Shown one piece after another: positions 50,936 through 63,764 of a stretch of DNA of 64,000 nt. Position numbers and translations under genes: made by a program. This DNA comes from Callorhinchus milii (taxonomy: Eukaryota). Location of the stretch: assembly GCF_018977255.1 (NCBI RefSeq), contig NW_024704742.1, positions 128,032,001 through 128,096,000 on the forward strand, written 5' to 3'. Within the stretch, counting starts at the first letter, position 1, and each line of letters opens with the position of its first letter. Under the pieces are notes generated by a model. It worked only from the letters and a program-made list of their open reading frames with translations. It had not been told where the DNA came from and ran no database searches.

Positions 50936-51904
50936 ACCTATGTGGATCACAACTATTACAACTATGCATAGAAATGTCTCTGTTTCGTGAATGCACCCTC
51001 TCTTCCTGGAGGGGTTCACCCAACTTATGCAAGAATCGTTGCATTTGATATAGTACCTTATTATGTTGCTTCAGAATTTTACTGTAAATTTACTGTAATG
51101 TAAATACTGTGTGTTTGGTAGGCAAACGCAGCAGCTGCGGCAATGCCATAGCAAACAGCCATGAAGCCAATGATCATTTTTTTCTGGGGGATTGCAAGCC
51201 CAGGACACCCTCTCCCTTCTCTTTTCGAATATTAACCTTATTTCAGGGAGTTCCAAGCATAGGTTGGTGAGAGGCAAGGGAGTGCATTGGGGCACGACTG
51301 GACATTAACCCCCTAAAGCTGCTTAGCTTCCATAAAATGAATTGTTTGAAAGGTATGAAAACACCATTATGTTTTAATTGGAGTTATCAATGTCTAATAA
51401 TATCAATGCATCTCTTAGACCATCATGCAAGTAGTTGTATCAATATGAATCAACAGGACTTTCTTCCGCTCCTTTTTTTTTATTGGTCTTCATTTTGAAT
51501 TGTACAGTTAGCTTGGCATCCAGGGTTGGAGCAATTTCTTCAATTACTTTGGGGATGGAACAATTGTATATCAGATGACCACAATCCCACATTGTTGTTT
51601 GTATAAAATAATGCTTTTACCAATGCAATCCTGCACATTTTTTGAGATTTACGCATGTACGATTTATACAGATTAAACAAAACATGTTTGTGAGTGCTTG
51701 AAAGAAAATCAAAATTGATTCTTTGTCTGTTTCTTTTCTGAAGCCCGAAATAATAAATAAAACATAAAATTGCACAGAATTGTGGAAAGATTCTTCTGTT
51801 CACTCTTAATTTGGAAACCGTTTCTTTTTAAGTGCTAAGGAAAGGATAACCTGCTTCCAAATTAAGATTAAATTGAAGAATTTTCTATAGTTCTGCGTCA
51901 TCTG

Positions 51905-52026
51905 GTTTCGCCCACAAAATATAGCCAATTCACTTTACAGTATTATTCCGTGAAGTGCTTTGCGACGTCTCGAAGATGTAATAAGGTGCTATATCAAATG
52001 CAAGGATTAATATTAAGGATTATTAT
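51905..52026 (+). mobile_element. Tail-only SINE copy
   Basis: Starts GTTTCGCCCACAAAATATAG; ends AAATGCAAGGATTA. Confidence 0.85.
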
Positions 52027-52779
52027 CTTTTGTTATAAAACAAAATTGTTTTACAGGCCAGGATAAGGTGGATATTCAAGGAACTGGATGAGTAGAGTGA
52101 CTGCATTCTCATTTGTACCACTACCCTATTACAGCAACCCTCTTGGCTGGCTTCCAACTACCATCTTAGAGTGGTGAGAGACCAGTGCAGTTGATTGCAA
52201 AACTGTCCTATTTAGAATCATAATTTTGCTATTCAGTGCTTTGAATAGTTGGGGCCCATTTTACATGGGAAATCTGGAGACAATTAAAGCAGCAGGCAAT
52301 CAGGAAGAGGGAATAAACGTCAAAGCGCATGTGGAGAAAACTGTACGGCTACAAGGTGGATGTTTATAAGTAAACTATTGAAATCAGTCTATTATGAGAA
52401 AATATAAGGTGGAGTTTCCCTTTCATGGATTTTCTATTGATAATCAGTAAGCAAACAGTTTAAGACTTCCTAGCTGCTTTAACCTAAAGTTATTTTTCTC
52501 GTCTGTAATTGACAAGCTGTGTGTTTTCTACTCCTTAGCACAGAGAGTAAGAGGCGTGTAATGGATGATGGAGAATTATCATATTTAGAGCCAAGAACTT
52601 GAGCTGCTTCTATACTGCGTGGCGAAAGGTCAATTGATGTGCTTCATTGTTTCACACAATGTGCAGTATAAAAGGGGGCTCATCTAGTGAGAATCATACC
52701 TGAGTCCTGTTCAGTAACTGGAGTACCAAGCTCAGGTGAATGATCTGGGAACTGGGATTAGGGTAGTTGATTGAGGAGA

Positions 52780-53905
52780 TGGCAGTCTGGCTCATTCGGT
52801 AGCAGTCTTGCCTCTCAGTCAGAAAGTTGTGGGTCCAAGCTCCATGTTGAGACTCTGAAATCACAGTCTGGGCTGACACTCCAGTGCAGTGCTGGGATAA
52901 TAATACTAATAATCATAATCTTGCATTTGTGGAGTACTGTAGCTCAGTGGTTAGAGCACTCGCCTGGCAAGCGAGAGACCTGGGTTCAATTCCAGGCAGG
53001 TCAGGGTGAAATCTTGGGCAAGTTTCCTTACTCCACACACCTAATAATAATCCCTCCAAAACAATAATAAATTGGTCATTTTCAATCCACGACTGTTTGT
53101 GGGACACTGCTGTGCACAGTTGGCTGCCGCGTTTCGCCCACAAATATACAGTCAATTCACTTTTCAGCATATTCTGTGAAGTGCTTTGAGATGTCAAGAA
53201 GACGTGAAAAGCACTATATCAAATGCAAGGATTATTATTGTTATTATTATTGATATAGTACCTTATCAAGTCTTTGACACGTCTCAAAGCGCTCCACAGC
53301 GTACACTGTAAAGTGAATTGACTCTATATTTTGTGGGCGAAACACGGCAGCTAATTGCACACAGCAGTGTTCCACAAACAGTCATGGATTGAAGTGACCA
53401 ATTTATATATTTTTTCTGAAGGAATTATTACCCCCGGAAAAGTGATCCGCCAATCGACTAACAACTGCTAGGTAAGCAGAAGCTTGTGGAGTAAGGAAAT
53501 TTGCCTAACGTTTCACCATACCGGGAATTGAACCCAGGTCTCTTGCTTGCAAGGTGAGTCCTCTAACCACTGAGCTATCGGACTTCACAAAGTGCTGCAT
53601 TGTCAGAGATGTTGTCCTTCAGGTGAGATATTAAACAATGGTCCCCGCTGCCTGTTCAGATGGATGTTAACAATCCCATGGCACTATTCAAAAAGAAGAG
53701 GGAGTTTCTTCCGGTGTCCTGGCTAACAATTGTCCAGATAAAATTGATCATTCACTTCATTGTTGTTTGTGTAGGCAAATTGGCTGCCACACTTACCTAT
53801 AGAATACACATTCACTGCATTTTATAATAAATCCTGTTAAGCACTTTGAGATGTTTTGAGGATATGATAAGATGCTATCTCAAATGCAAGGTTTATTAAT
53901 ATTAT
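52780..53905. mobile_element. Three-layer nest: DeuSINE (+) containing long Ala-SINE (-, 52897-53588) containing short Ala-SINE (+, 52929-53250)
   Basis: DeuSINE GCTGACACTCCAGTGCAGTGCTG resumes as AGTGCTGCATTGTCAGAG at 53591; long SINE CTTGCATTTG resumes as TGATATAG at 53251. Confidence 0.9.
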
Positions 53906-54038
53906 AAGATTCAGTGGAGGAGTTTGGACCAGAATAGGCTCAATAAGATGAAAGATCACCTCCTATACTATAATTTCTACGGTGTTATGATTGTGCAATC
54001 CCTGCGACCACCAAGAGCAGTGTAATTCTCACTCTTTT

Positions 54039-54524
54039 ATAATTATTCTTGCATTTGATATAGTGCCTTATCACGTCTTTGAGACTTCTCAAAGTGCTTC
54101 ACAGCATAATAATAATAATCCTTGCATTTGATATAGCGCTTTTCACGTCAGGAGGACGTCCCAAAGCGCTTCACAGAACACACTGTAAAGTGAATTGACT
54201 GTATATTTGTGGGCGAACGCATATACTGTAAAGTGCATTGACTGTACATGGTGTGGGCGAAACACCACAGTCAATTCCATACAGCAGTTTCCCGTAAATT
54301 GGTTAATGCAATCCAGTGTCCCATGACTTGCATTGACCAATTTATTATTTTTTTGTAGGAATTATTATTCCCAGAAAAGCGTTCCGCCAATCGATTAGCA
54401 ACCAGGTTCCTATTTCCGCTAGGTAACCAGAGGCATGTGGAGTGAGGAAACTTGGCCAACATTTCGCCCTGCCAGGAATTGAATCCAGGTCTCTTGCTTG
54501 CTAACCACTAAGCTACAGGACTCC
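54039..54524 (-). mobile_element. Long Ala-SINE with a tail-only short-type SINE (54109-54218) inserted
   Basis: TSD GCATA at 54104-54108 and 54219-54223. Confidence 0.9.
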
Positions 54525-55044
54525 TCTTTGGATTTATAGTATGGATCACACTAGGGGCTCACTCCCTGTGGTTCCCTGGATGGCTCAAGAACTTTCAAAG
54601 GACAATTATTCATATCATTAAAAATATTATTGCGTAACCAGCTTGCTGAGACAAATATCCTTTCACTAACTTAGGAAAAACACACTCATATACAGCTCCA
54701 ATTCCATGCAACGTGAAGCACAAGATATAAAATGGATTTACCGTTCCACAGAACTCTGTGGTTGAAACTGAAATAAGTTAGTTTCTGGTAGTACACACAC
54801 ACACATACACAAACATGCACAACACATGTGCATTAATAGACTTAGCAGATAAATACGTTATCATTTCAATTCTTCTTTGAACCCAATTTTGAAAAAAACT
54901 CAATTATTCTCAATTTTATTTTAAATGGAATATTTGCATTTTGTTAAAATTTGAAATAAGCCATCGTGTGTTTAACTGCATTTGCTCCGAAAAGCACAAA
55001 CAATTCATTTTGGTCAGAAAATTGCCTGCTGCTGATTCTTACTT

Positions 55045-55720
55045 TGTGTCCAGTTTGGCTCGATTGATACCACTCACTCTTGTTTCTGTGTCAGAAGGTT
55101 GTGAGTTCAAGCCCCATGTTGGTACTTCAGCTCCTGGTTCTTCAAATGAAATATTAAACCGAGATCCTGTCTGCCTGTTTAGGTGGACATTAAAAATCCC
55201 ATGGCATTATTTGGCAGAGAAGGTAGTTTCTTCTAGTATCCTGGCCAACAATCCCTCAAATAAAATTGATCATTCACTTTATAGCTGTTTCTGGGACATT
55301 GCTGTGCGCAAATTGGCTGTTGTGTTCACCCACCCTGCAAAGTGCTTTGGGATGTCCTTCTGACGTGAAAGGCGCTATACCAATGTAAGGTTTATTATTA
55401 GCAGTCTCAGACTACATCACAATGAAGAGCTGGAGTTTGGATTGCCATCCTTTGGATGAGATATTAAATCAAGGCCTTGTCTGCCTATTCAGGTGTTTAT
55501 AGATCCCATGGCACTATTTATAAAGTATGGCAGCTTTTTCTAGTGTCCTGGACAACATTGTTCCAGATAAACTGATTATTTTCCTCATGGCTGCTTGCAG
55601 AGCTTTCTGGTGTAAATGGCTGCCACATTTGCTTGTAAAAACAGTTGAAACAAACTTGGCAGCAATCAGTTGTGAAGCACTTTCTGATGCAAGAAGTCAC
55701 TATTAAAATGCAAGTTCTTT
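55045..55720 (+). mobile_element. Two tandem Deu-domain SINE remnants (55045-55400, 55440-55720)
   Basis: TCAGAAGGTTGTGAGTTCAAGCCC head; ATCCCATGGCATTATTT and ATCCCATGGCACTATTT Deu motifs. Confidence 0.8.
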
Positions 55721-56354
55721 CATTCCTTTTTCATTAGCATTGATGGCAAAAGGTGAAATGATGATCGCTAAACCTCACATTATAGAGTACATCCAGATCA
55801 TATCCAGTATCTCCTATTCACTGAATGTCCGCTTGCCAAAAGAAAATCACCAATAAGTCAATGATAATTGCAAGGTAAGCAATTTGCCTAGCTAGTTCTT
55901 GGCCTTTTATTGGCCATTTGCAAGGTTGCTTAATGGCAGATGTTTGAAAACTATTAGTGATGTAGATTTGAAGGTTATTTGCCCTGTTCTCCCTGAATGC
56001 CAGAAACACAAATGGATCCTCTGATTAGACCATTGGAGAGTACACGTACACGGATCCTTCTCAACTGCCAGGTTGCAGACACACAAAAGCCTCTGAGTCA
56101 TGTAGAACACTAGAGAGTATAGATGCAGATGGAAATATGTTACTAACTATTAGGAATTGGACACTCCAACCTCTCAATCATGTTCAGAGTCAGTTAGGCA
56201 TTACTGAATGTTCAGTGATATTAAATGCTCGGGGAACATGCTTTTTCACTCCAATCTAAGAAAACAACCACTTTAAAAAGTAGGACAGCCTGAAACTAAT
56301 TAAACATTTCTCATTTCTCATGGTCTTATCCGTAAGAATGTTGTCCTTTTTGGT

Positions 56355-56720
56355 CATGTCTGACATATGCAGAAACCAATCACCATGTGTAAGAGAACCC
56401 AGAACAGACTCAGCTTTCCATGTAAGCTACCACCACATGAAAATTCATGTTTGGAATGGAATGGAATGGAATGTACACTCTCTTCACAGAGGAATGGACC
56501 TTGCTTACCTAACTCTGGAGAGTATTGCGCACAGGTTGGCCAAGAGCCAAGGCTTGGGGACCCCATAGGATACATTTGGGTACTGCTGGAGCGCGACCAA
56601 CTAAAAACACATTTCTTGCCATTGAAAGCACTCTCTGGCACTCTCTGGCGAGGGTCACCCTATCTGTTAGCCTTTGGTATGAGCTGAGTGGGAAGAATCA
56701 CAAGCCCTCAAAGTCTGAAG
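56355..56720. repeat. Copy of unclassified old dispersed repeat
   Basis: CAAGAGCCAAGGCTTGGGGACC identical to 26815-26836; similarity continues both sides. Confidence 0.75.
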
Positions 56721-57324
56721 CAGCCTGGCTGATCTGTCATCAGCGGTGCTTTGGAATCCTGTGAACCCACCTGACTCAGGAACTCAACTACCGAGACCAC
56801 CACAGAGCACTGAATCGATTCCAGTATTCCATTGCCAAGTACATCACCCTACAACAACATCAAGACTACATTTGTATGGCGCCTTTAATGTTGGGAGGAC
56901 GTCCCAACCAAAGCCAGATCAGCACCAAGGAGATCCCACTTACCTATCCCAAAGGAGGACAGTTGCTAGTTGGTCATTTGAGATCTGACAAGTGCAGGTT
57001 CGAGCCCTCACTAGGTGGATGGTTGGTACAAGGAAATATCTCTGAGCTTCTTGGTGAGCGACCAGTGCAGTATGAAATATGTGGGAACATTTCTACCATT
57101 TTACCGTCCATGCAATTACATATCCCCAACCATTTTCTTTAAGAAGTTGTCTTAAAACATAATGCCGATTTTTGAAAACTGCTGTCCTGAAGTTCTTTCG
57201 GTTGCAGGATTAACGGTGGCTGAGTGGGAAGATTCCTTGTGACTGGTCTGACCCACGACGTCCTGCCGATGAGCCATTTTCTATAGTTAATGGAAAGAAG
57301 GTGGCTTTCTTTCTTACATTCTGA

Positions 57325-57415
57325 AATAAAACAGAAAATGCGGGAAAACCACAGAATGTTACGCAGCATCTGAACGAGAAATGTTGACGTTTCAGATATA
57401 GGCTCTCATCATTTA
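57325..57415 (-). mobile_element. Degenerate Penelope-like terminal fragment
   Basis: ATAAAACAGAAAATGCGGGAAA...GCATCTG...TGACGTTTCAGAT, similar to 16255-16345. Confidence 0.55.
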
Positions 57416-57840
57416 TGACTAAAATACGACATCATCTCTTTGTTCTGAAGGCCAAGGTAACCAAAGTTACCAAAGTCTCCAATGGCTGTGATTATGACTC
57501 TCGTCTACCTTGGGAAAATGTAGGTTGGTGCAAATTGATATTCAAGTATTTCAAGACAGGTGCAAAATGGAGGGGCAGGGAAAGGCGGCCATTCTGTTGT
57601 CACTCCCTGAACCTCCATCGTGCTCCTCAACAACAACAACTTGCATTTATATAGTGCCCTTCACGCAGGGTAGAATCCCGGAGCGCTAATCCTACCCATC
57701 TTTAAAGCCTGCCTCAAGATCTCTCTTGTTGAGTTTGGTCCCTCTCATTTGCCTAAAATAAAGAATACTTTCTCAGAGAGCATTCATCTCTTCTTTAATG
57801 TCAGAAATCTATTTTATTCAAATACTTGAAAGAATGTGGC

Positions 57841-58995
57841 ATCATGGAATCATAGAATCATAGAAACTGCTTCTTTTAGAAGCTATTTTAAATCTGTGAC
57901 CTCGAGTCACCAACACACCCACCAGTGGAAACAGTTTATCCCTTTCTAACCTATCAAATCCCCTCATGATTTTGAAGATCTCTATTAGGTCTCCTCGTAA
58001 CCTTCTCTGCTCCAATGAGAATAATCCTAACCTCTCTAACCGTTCCTTATAATCAAGGTCCCTCATTCCTGGTACCATCCTTGTAAATCTCCTCTGCACA
58101 CTTTCCAATGCCTTAACATCCTTCCTATAGTGTGGTGCCCAGAACTGGGCGCAGTATTCTACCTGAGGCCTAACCAGTGTTTTATATAGGTTAATCATAA
58201 CCTCCTGACTCTTGTACTCTATGCCCCTATTTATAAAGCCTAGTATCCCATATGCCCTTTTTACAGCTTTATCTGCCTGTCCTGCCACCTTCAAGGACTC
58301 ATTTATCTGAACCCCCAGGTCTCTCAGTTCTTTCACCCCCCTTAAGATTGTATTACCCGTCTATATTGCCTCCCCTCATTCTTTCTTCCAAAATGCATTA
58401 CTTCGCATTTCTCCACATTGAAATTCATCTGCCATGTGTCTGTCCATTTTACTATTCTGTCTATGTCTTTCTGCAGTTGGCTCCTATCCTTCTCACTGTT
58501 TACTACCCTACCTAACTTTGTGTCGTCCGCAAACTTGGAAACGGTCCTTGTTATACCCAAGTCCAGATCATTTATATATATTAAGAAGAGCAGTGGTCCT
58601 AATACCGATTCCTGGGGGACTCCACTGTACACTTCCCTCCGGTTCAGAAAAGCAACCGTTCACCACACCTCTCTGCTTTCTGTCTCCCAGCCAGTTCTGG
58701 ATCCATGCTGCCACTGTCCCTTTTATACCATGGGCTTCTATTTTTCTTACAAGTCTTTTATGTGGCAATACCTTCATCCACCCTCTCCGTTACCTCATCG
58801 AAAAATTTTATTTGATTTGTTATACAAGATTTGCCTTTAACAAATCCATGCTGGCTGTCCTTAATTAACCCATATTCTTCTAAATGAAGATTTATTCTGT
58901 CCCAGATTATAGTCTCCAGGAGTTTCCCCACTACTGATGTTAGGCTGTCTGGCCTGTAGTTCCCAGGTTTGTCCTTCTGCCGCTTTTTGTACATC
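57841..58995 (-). mobile_element. 5'-truncated CR1 LINE (RT), internally deleted
   Basis: GNYRPDSLTS, QHGFVKGKSC, GVPQESVLGPLLF, KFADDTKL, YKTLVRPQVEYC; (ATTCTATG)n tail. Confidence 0.95.
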
Positions 58996-59149
58996 GGTTA
59001 AACTGATTTACATTTCTCTGTATAACTATTATTTTCCATCCACATCTACGTTTACAAAGGTGAACACTGAAGAAAAATATTCAGAGCAAGATTATATTCT
59101 GCTATTGAGGTGAAAATTCCACCTTGGTTTAGATTTACTGTGCAAACCA

Positions 59150-59395
59150 AGAATTGGTCACTGAATCCACGACTGTTTGTAGGACTGCTGTGCCCAATTC
59201 ACCCACAAATACACACTTTAGCTTGGGTCTGAAATGCTGTACTCTGTCCAGCACCTTAGAACGTCCTCCCGACGTGAAAGGCGCTATACAAATGTAATCT
59301 TGTTGTTGTTGTTGTTTACAATATATTCTGTGAGATGTTTCAACAATGTGGTAAGGTGCTATATCATATGAAAGGATTATTATTATTATTACTTT
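59150..59395 (+). mobile_element. SINE 3' half interrupted by a 94-bp L2 tail (59221-59314)
   Basis: TSD TTTA at 59217-59220 and 59315-59318; insert ends ACGTCCTCCCGACGTGAAAGGCGC...(TTG)n. Confidence 0.85.
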
Positions 59396-60399
59396 ATTAA
59401 TACAAAATTTCAGAGAGTTCAGAATTCAGCAAATTGTTGGATTTAGTCTTAACACTGAAGGTGTTTTTCTGTCGTAGTTCAAAGAAATTAATACTCTCTG
59501 AAATGCTACGTTAATAAAATAAATCTAGATTCAGATGGAATTTCTACTCATCGAATCTCTGATATCTTTGTCACTTCTGCCTAATGTGCAACTATCAATG
59601 AATTCTCTTCACCTCATTTGAAGCTAATGTGTCCATCATCCATAAGTGGATCCATTATATTTATGGGCATTGATTGTCTGGAATAAAGCAATTTGTACTT
59701 GACATAAATGTATCCCCCATTTGTAACTAATTTTACTGGCTGCTCACAAAAATGTAAATAAAAAATCATTTATACATGTTAAAAAATTGTAATCGTAAGC
59801 ATTAGTGGACGTTTTCTAGAATGCACTTAATAATGCACTTAAGATTTTGTGAAGATATGCAGTCATGAAATAGAATGAACGAGGTCTAATATGTGGGGAT
59901 CCTAATGGGATTTTGTAATAAGCAAAGTACATCATGTTGATTACTTTCAGAGCAAATTTGCCGTGGATCAGGATGATGTGTGTGACCTATATGTGGTCAC
60001 TAGGAGTCCCCACTCAGAGTCCATAATAAGGAGTTTGAGTAGAAATTACTGCATATAAAACACTGCAGTACAATGTCCATTATAGCTCACTTGTTAAAGA
60101 ACCATAACTCTTCCTCGCTAGTAGGATAACTTGAATCTAATGATGCGTTTGGTTCTCTGGACTATTGTAAAGTTCATTGTGTATGTCAGCTGCATAAGTG
60201 ATGGGCTGAATGACCAACTCCTGTGCAGAAAATTTCTATATTTCTGCGTTTCCCAAAAGTGTTTCTTGCAAGTTATAAGCATTTTTTTTTTACAATTCAG
60301 GAATCTATTCTGCTTTGTTCATTGAAAACTGAATGAAGTCTGTTTTAATCATGATTAGGTCAATTTCATTTGTCAGCTGGGGGGGGTGGGTGGTGTTAG

Positions 60400-60575
60400 G
60401 GTCTGATATAGTGGAAACCCATCACCACACTTATGAGTATCCAAAAGAAATGACTGAATGTTTCACATATGCTTTGATATTTGTTTGTCGGGAGTGGAGT
60501 GCACACTCTCTCCCTGGAGGGATACATCTGCGCCAAATCTCGGAAAGTAATAAGCCTAGGTTGGCAAGAGCTGAT
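60400..60575. repeat. Copy of unclassified old dispersed repeat
   Basis: GTGGAAACCCATCACCA and GCACACTCTCTCCCTGGAG shared with 26650-26765. Confidence 0.7.
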
Positions 60576-61449
60576 GCTGATAATAATAATAGTTGTAATA
60601 TATAATAATACTAATAATCCTTGCACTTGATACAACACCTCATCAAGTAGTTGAAATTTCTCAAGGTGCTTCACAGGATTACTGTAAAGTGTAGTGACTG
60701 TGTTATGAGATGATAACTGCTAAATTACACTAAATGATACAGCATTCTCTCACTTATTCCCCAAGTGATGGGACGAGCCTCTGATTTTCCTTATTGATTC
60801 AAAAGCCTTATTGGCAGAGTCAGAGGCAATGAGGAGGCGCCTCAAGCGAAAATGTTTCACATAGTAATAGTGACATCTCTGTGCAGTGTGATCTTTGTGG
60901 GGGTAATGGAGCAATGCCAAAAATATTATGTGGAGATTTGGCAGACTATGGAAAGCCCTGCAGGACCGATGTATCAAGGCATATTGATTTATAGCAGGAA
61001 GCACATTGTAATGATAATCTCATCCCAATAAAAATGAATTGCAGCAAATATTTGGGATATCTTTAATCACTAATTAATTAATTCACCAAATGAATATTTA
61101 GGCAACATGTTCATCATGTTTGCTTCCTACGTGCATTGTAGTTTGCCTGAAAAATATTTTCAAAATTATTCGGTGCAGGTTTTGACTTCCCTATTCAGGT
61201 TAACATTTAAGCCCTGTTGATCTGCCTGGAAAATACACAGTCACCGCATGTTACAGATAATCCTGTGAAGCGTTTGAGACATTTCAACGGCGTGCTGTAT
61301 CAAACACAAGCATTCTGATTATTTTATTGTGTGTTAAGTCCTGACAATGATTGTGAAGAGATGGGTAGATTTGTACATCCATCATGATACAACATCAACA
61401 ATGTATGTGTTCAGCTAAACACTGGTGTAAGTAAAGGTATCCAGTAGCA

Positions 61450-62493
61450 AATGCTTTGATCAAGAGAAAGCTTTTGACAGGGTATGTCACAGCTACATGG
61501 ATGAGGTACACTCCAAAATGGGTTTTGGTGAGGGAATACACAAGTGGATCCGACTGCTCTACACAGACATCTATAGCGCAGTAACAGTCAACCGGTACGA
61601 GACTGAGCCGTTCCCCATCAGGTCTGGAGTACGGCAAGGCTGTCCCCTATTCCCCACCCTGTTTGTCTGCTGCATCAAACCCTTCGCACAGACCATCAGG
61701 AGGGACGAGAGCATCAGAATTGTCACCATCCCAGGCAGCCACGGCACACAACCCAAGGCCTCCCTGCATATGGATGATGTCACCGTCTTTTGCACAGGCC
61801 AAAAATTGGTCTCGAGCCCGCAAGGCATTTGCGACGGTTTGAACAAGCCTCGGGAGCCAAGATCAACCGTCAGAAAAGTGAGGTGATGTATTTTGGAGAC
61901 TGAAAAGAATGCAATCACATACCTTCTATGGTGAAGCCAGACTACATCAAAGTCCTCGGCATCTGGTTCGTGGCTGCCAGGGTGAGCCAAAAAAGCTGGG
62001 AGGAGCATCTAGGCATAGTGAGGAAAAAACTGGTGATGTGGCACCAGCGCTCACTGACCATCATGGGAAAAATCTGGTGATAAAGTGTGAGGCCCTCTCG
62101 GTGTTACTGAATGTGGCCTTTGACCAGAAACAAAGCCACTGCAGTCACCAGAGAGGTCTTCCAACTGATCTGGGGGCCCAAGATGGATCGTGTCTGCAGA
62201 GACACGATGCACAAAACCCTGGAAAAGGGGGGGGAAAGGGGTCCTTAACATAGCCCTGATTCTCATGGCCACCTTTTGTGTAGCTGCCTGAGGCTGTGCC
62301 TGGAGCCCCGCTACGCTGGCGACAAATGCCACTACGTGCTGGGTTTCTACCTGTACCTGGTGCTAAGAAGGGTGGGTCTGGCAGAGCTGCCTCAAAATGT
62401 TCCACACAGTTGGAGCTTGCCGAACCACCTATCCTATGTTAAGAAATTCCTGAAGAACACCATCCCAGACACCCACGCAATCACTGAGTGATC
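61450..62493 (+). mobile_element. Tx1/L1-clade non-LTR retrotransposon RT remnant
   Basis: DQEKAFDRVCHSYM...GFGEGIHKWIRLLY...SGVRQGCPL...HMDDVTVF; these motifs are L1/Tx1-type, not CR1/L2-type; frameshifted. Confidence 0.88.
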
Positions 62494-63242
62494 CACTTCA
62501 TCTCCACAAACGGTTTCTCCTCTAGCCTCCGCACTGTCTCATGTGGTGTTCCTCAGGGCTCTGTCCTTGGTCCCCTCCTCTTCAATATCTATATGCTCCC
62601 TCTTGGTGACATCGTCCTCAGACATGGGGTCAACTTCCACATGTATGCGGATGACACCCAACTGGACCTCTCTGCCTCCACCCTTGACTCCAGGACCACT
62701 GCTGTCCTGATAGAATGTCTATCAGACATCAAATCCTGGATGAGAGCTAACTTTCTTAAGTTGAACTCCAACAAGATTGGTTCCTGTCAGCGCCTCCACA
62801 CCTCAGGCGCTGACACATCACCATGCATGGATATACGCTCCACTTACTAAGCCAGTCCAGAACCTTGGCGTCTTTTTTGACCCTGACCTATCCTTTCTAC
62901 TACACATCTATGCCATGATCCGCTCTGCCTTCCCCCACCTCCACAACATTGCCCGTCTCACACGGCAGGCCGCCGAAACCCTCATTCACACATTCATAAC
63001 ATCCAGGCTTGACTATGCAACCTCCTTGATTGTTGACCTCCCCATCTCCTCTCTCCACAGGCTGCAGATCATCCAGAACTTTGCAGCTCATTTCCTCTCC
63101 CTCACCAGGCTCCGTGAACTTATCACTTGCAGCCTCGCCCGACTTCACTGGGTTCCCATCACACAGAAGATACAGTTCAAGATCCTGGTTCTCACATTCA
63201 AAGCCCTCCATGGCCTTGCTCCTCCCTCCCTCTGCGACCCCT
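62494..63242 (+). mobile_element. L2 LINE RT fragment
   Basis: CGVPQGSVLGPLLFNIYMLPLGDI, HMYADDTQL, RLHWVPITQKIQFKILVLTFKALHGLAP. Confidence 0.93.
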
Positions 63243-63311
63243 GAAAAAATATTATCATTCTCTATTAATTTATTATTAATCCCCTTACTTATTAATTCCT
63301 TATTGATTCCC

Positions 63312-63403
63312 TGCACTTTACAATATATCCTGTAAAGCGTTTGAGACGTCTCAAAGACGTGATAAGGTGCTATATCAAATGTAAGGATTATTATTATTAT
63401 TAC
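63312..63403 (+). mobile_element. SINE tail fragment
   Basis: GAGACGTCTCAAAGACGTGATAAGGTGCTATATCAAATG...(TTA)n. Confidence 0.85.
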
Positions 63404-63764
63404 TTCTCAAATATTACCCATCCCCTTTTTAAACATTTCAATTGTTTCTGCATCTCCAGCCTTCTGGAGTTATTTGTTCAATATGAATTTATAGCGAAGC
63501 TTATATGAACCAAAATTTCTCTGCCGTTTTGGCAAGCTTTCAAGTTGCCGCCGGCATTTTGGCACAAAAGTTCCGTGCGGGAGAGCGTGGATGGCCACAA
63601 CCTGCTGATAGTTAAACAGTACTATTCAGCCCTGCAGAAACAACAGTCATAAATTTCAGTAAATGCCTACAATTATATTTTGATTCATGTCATGAGGGTA
63701 GGACGTGGGAATCCTTGTGGTGGCTTGAATAACCAAAGAATTGAGAGAATATCATTTGCAGAAC

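Noticed and set aside
56452..56472. (GGAAT)n satellite-like run
   Set aside because: Only about four units; local slippage inside the unclassified repeat.
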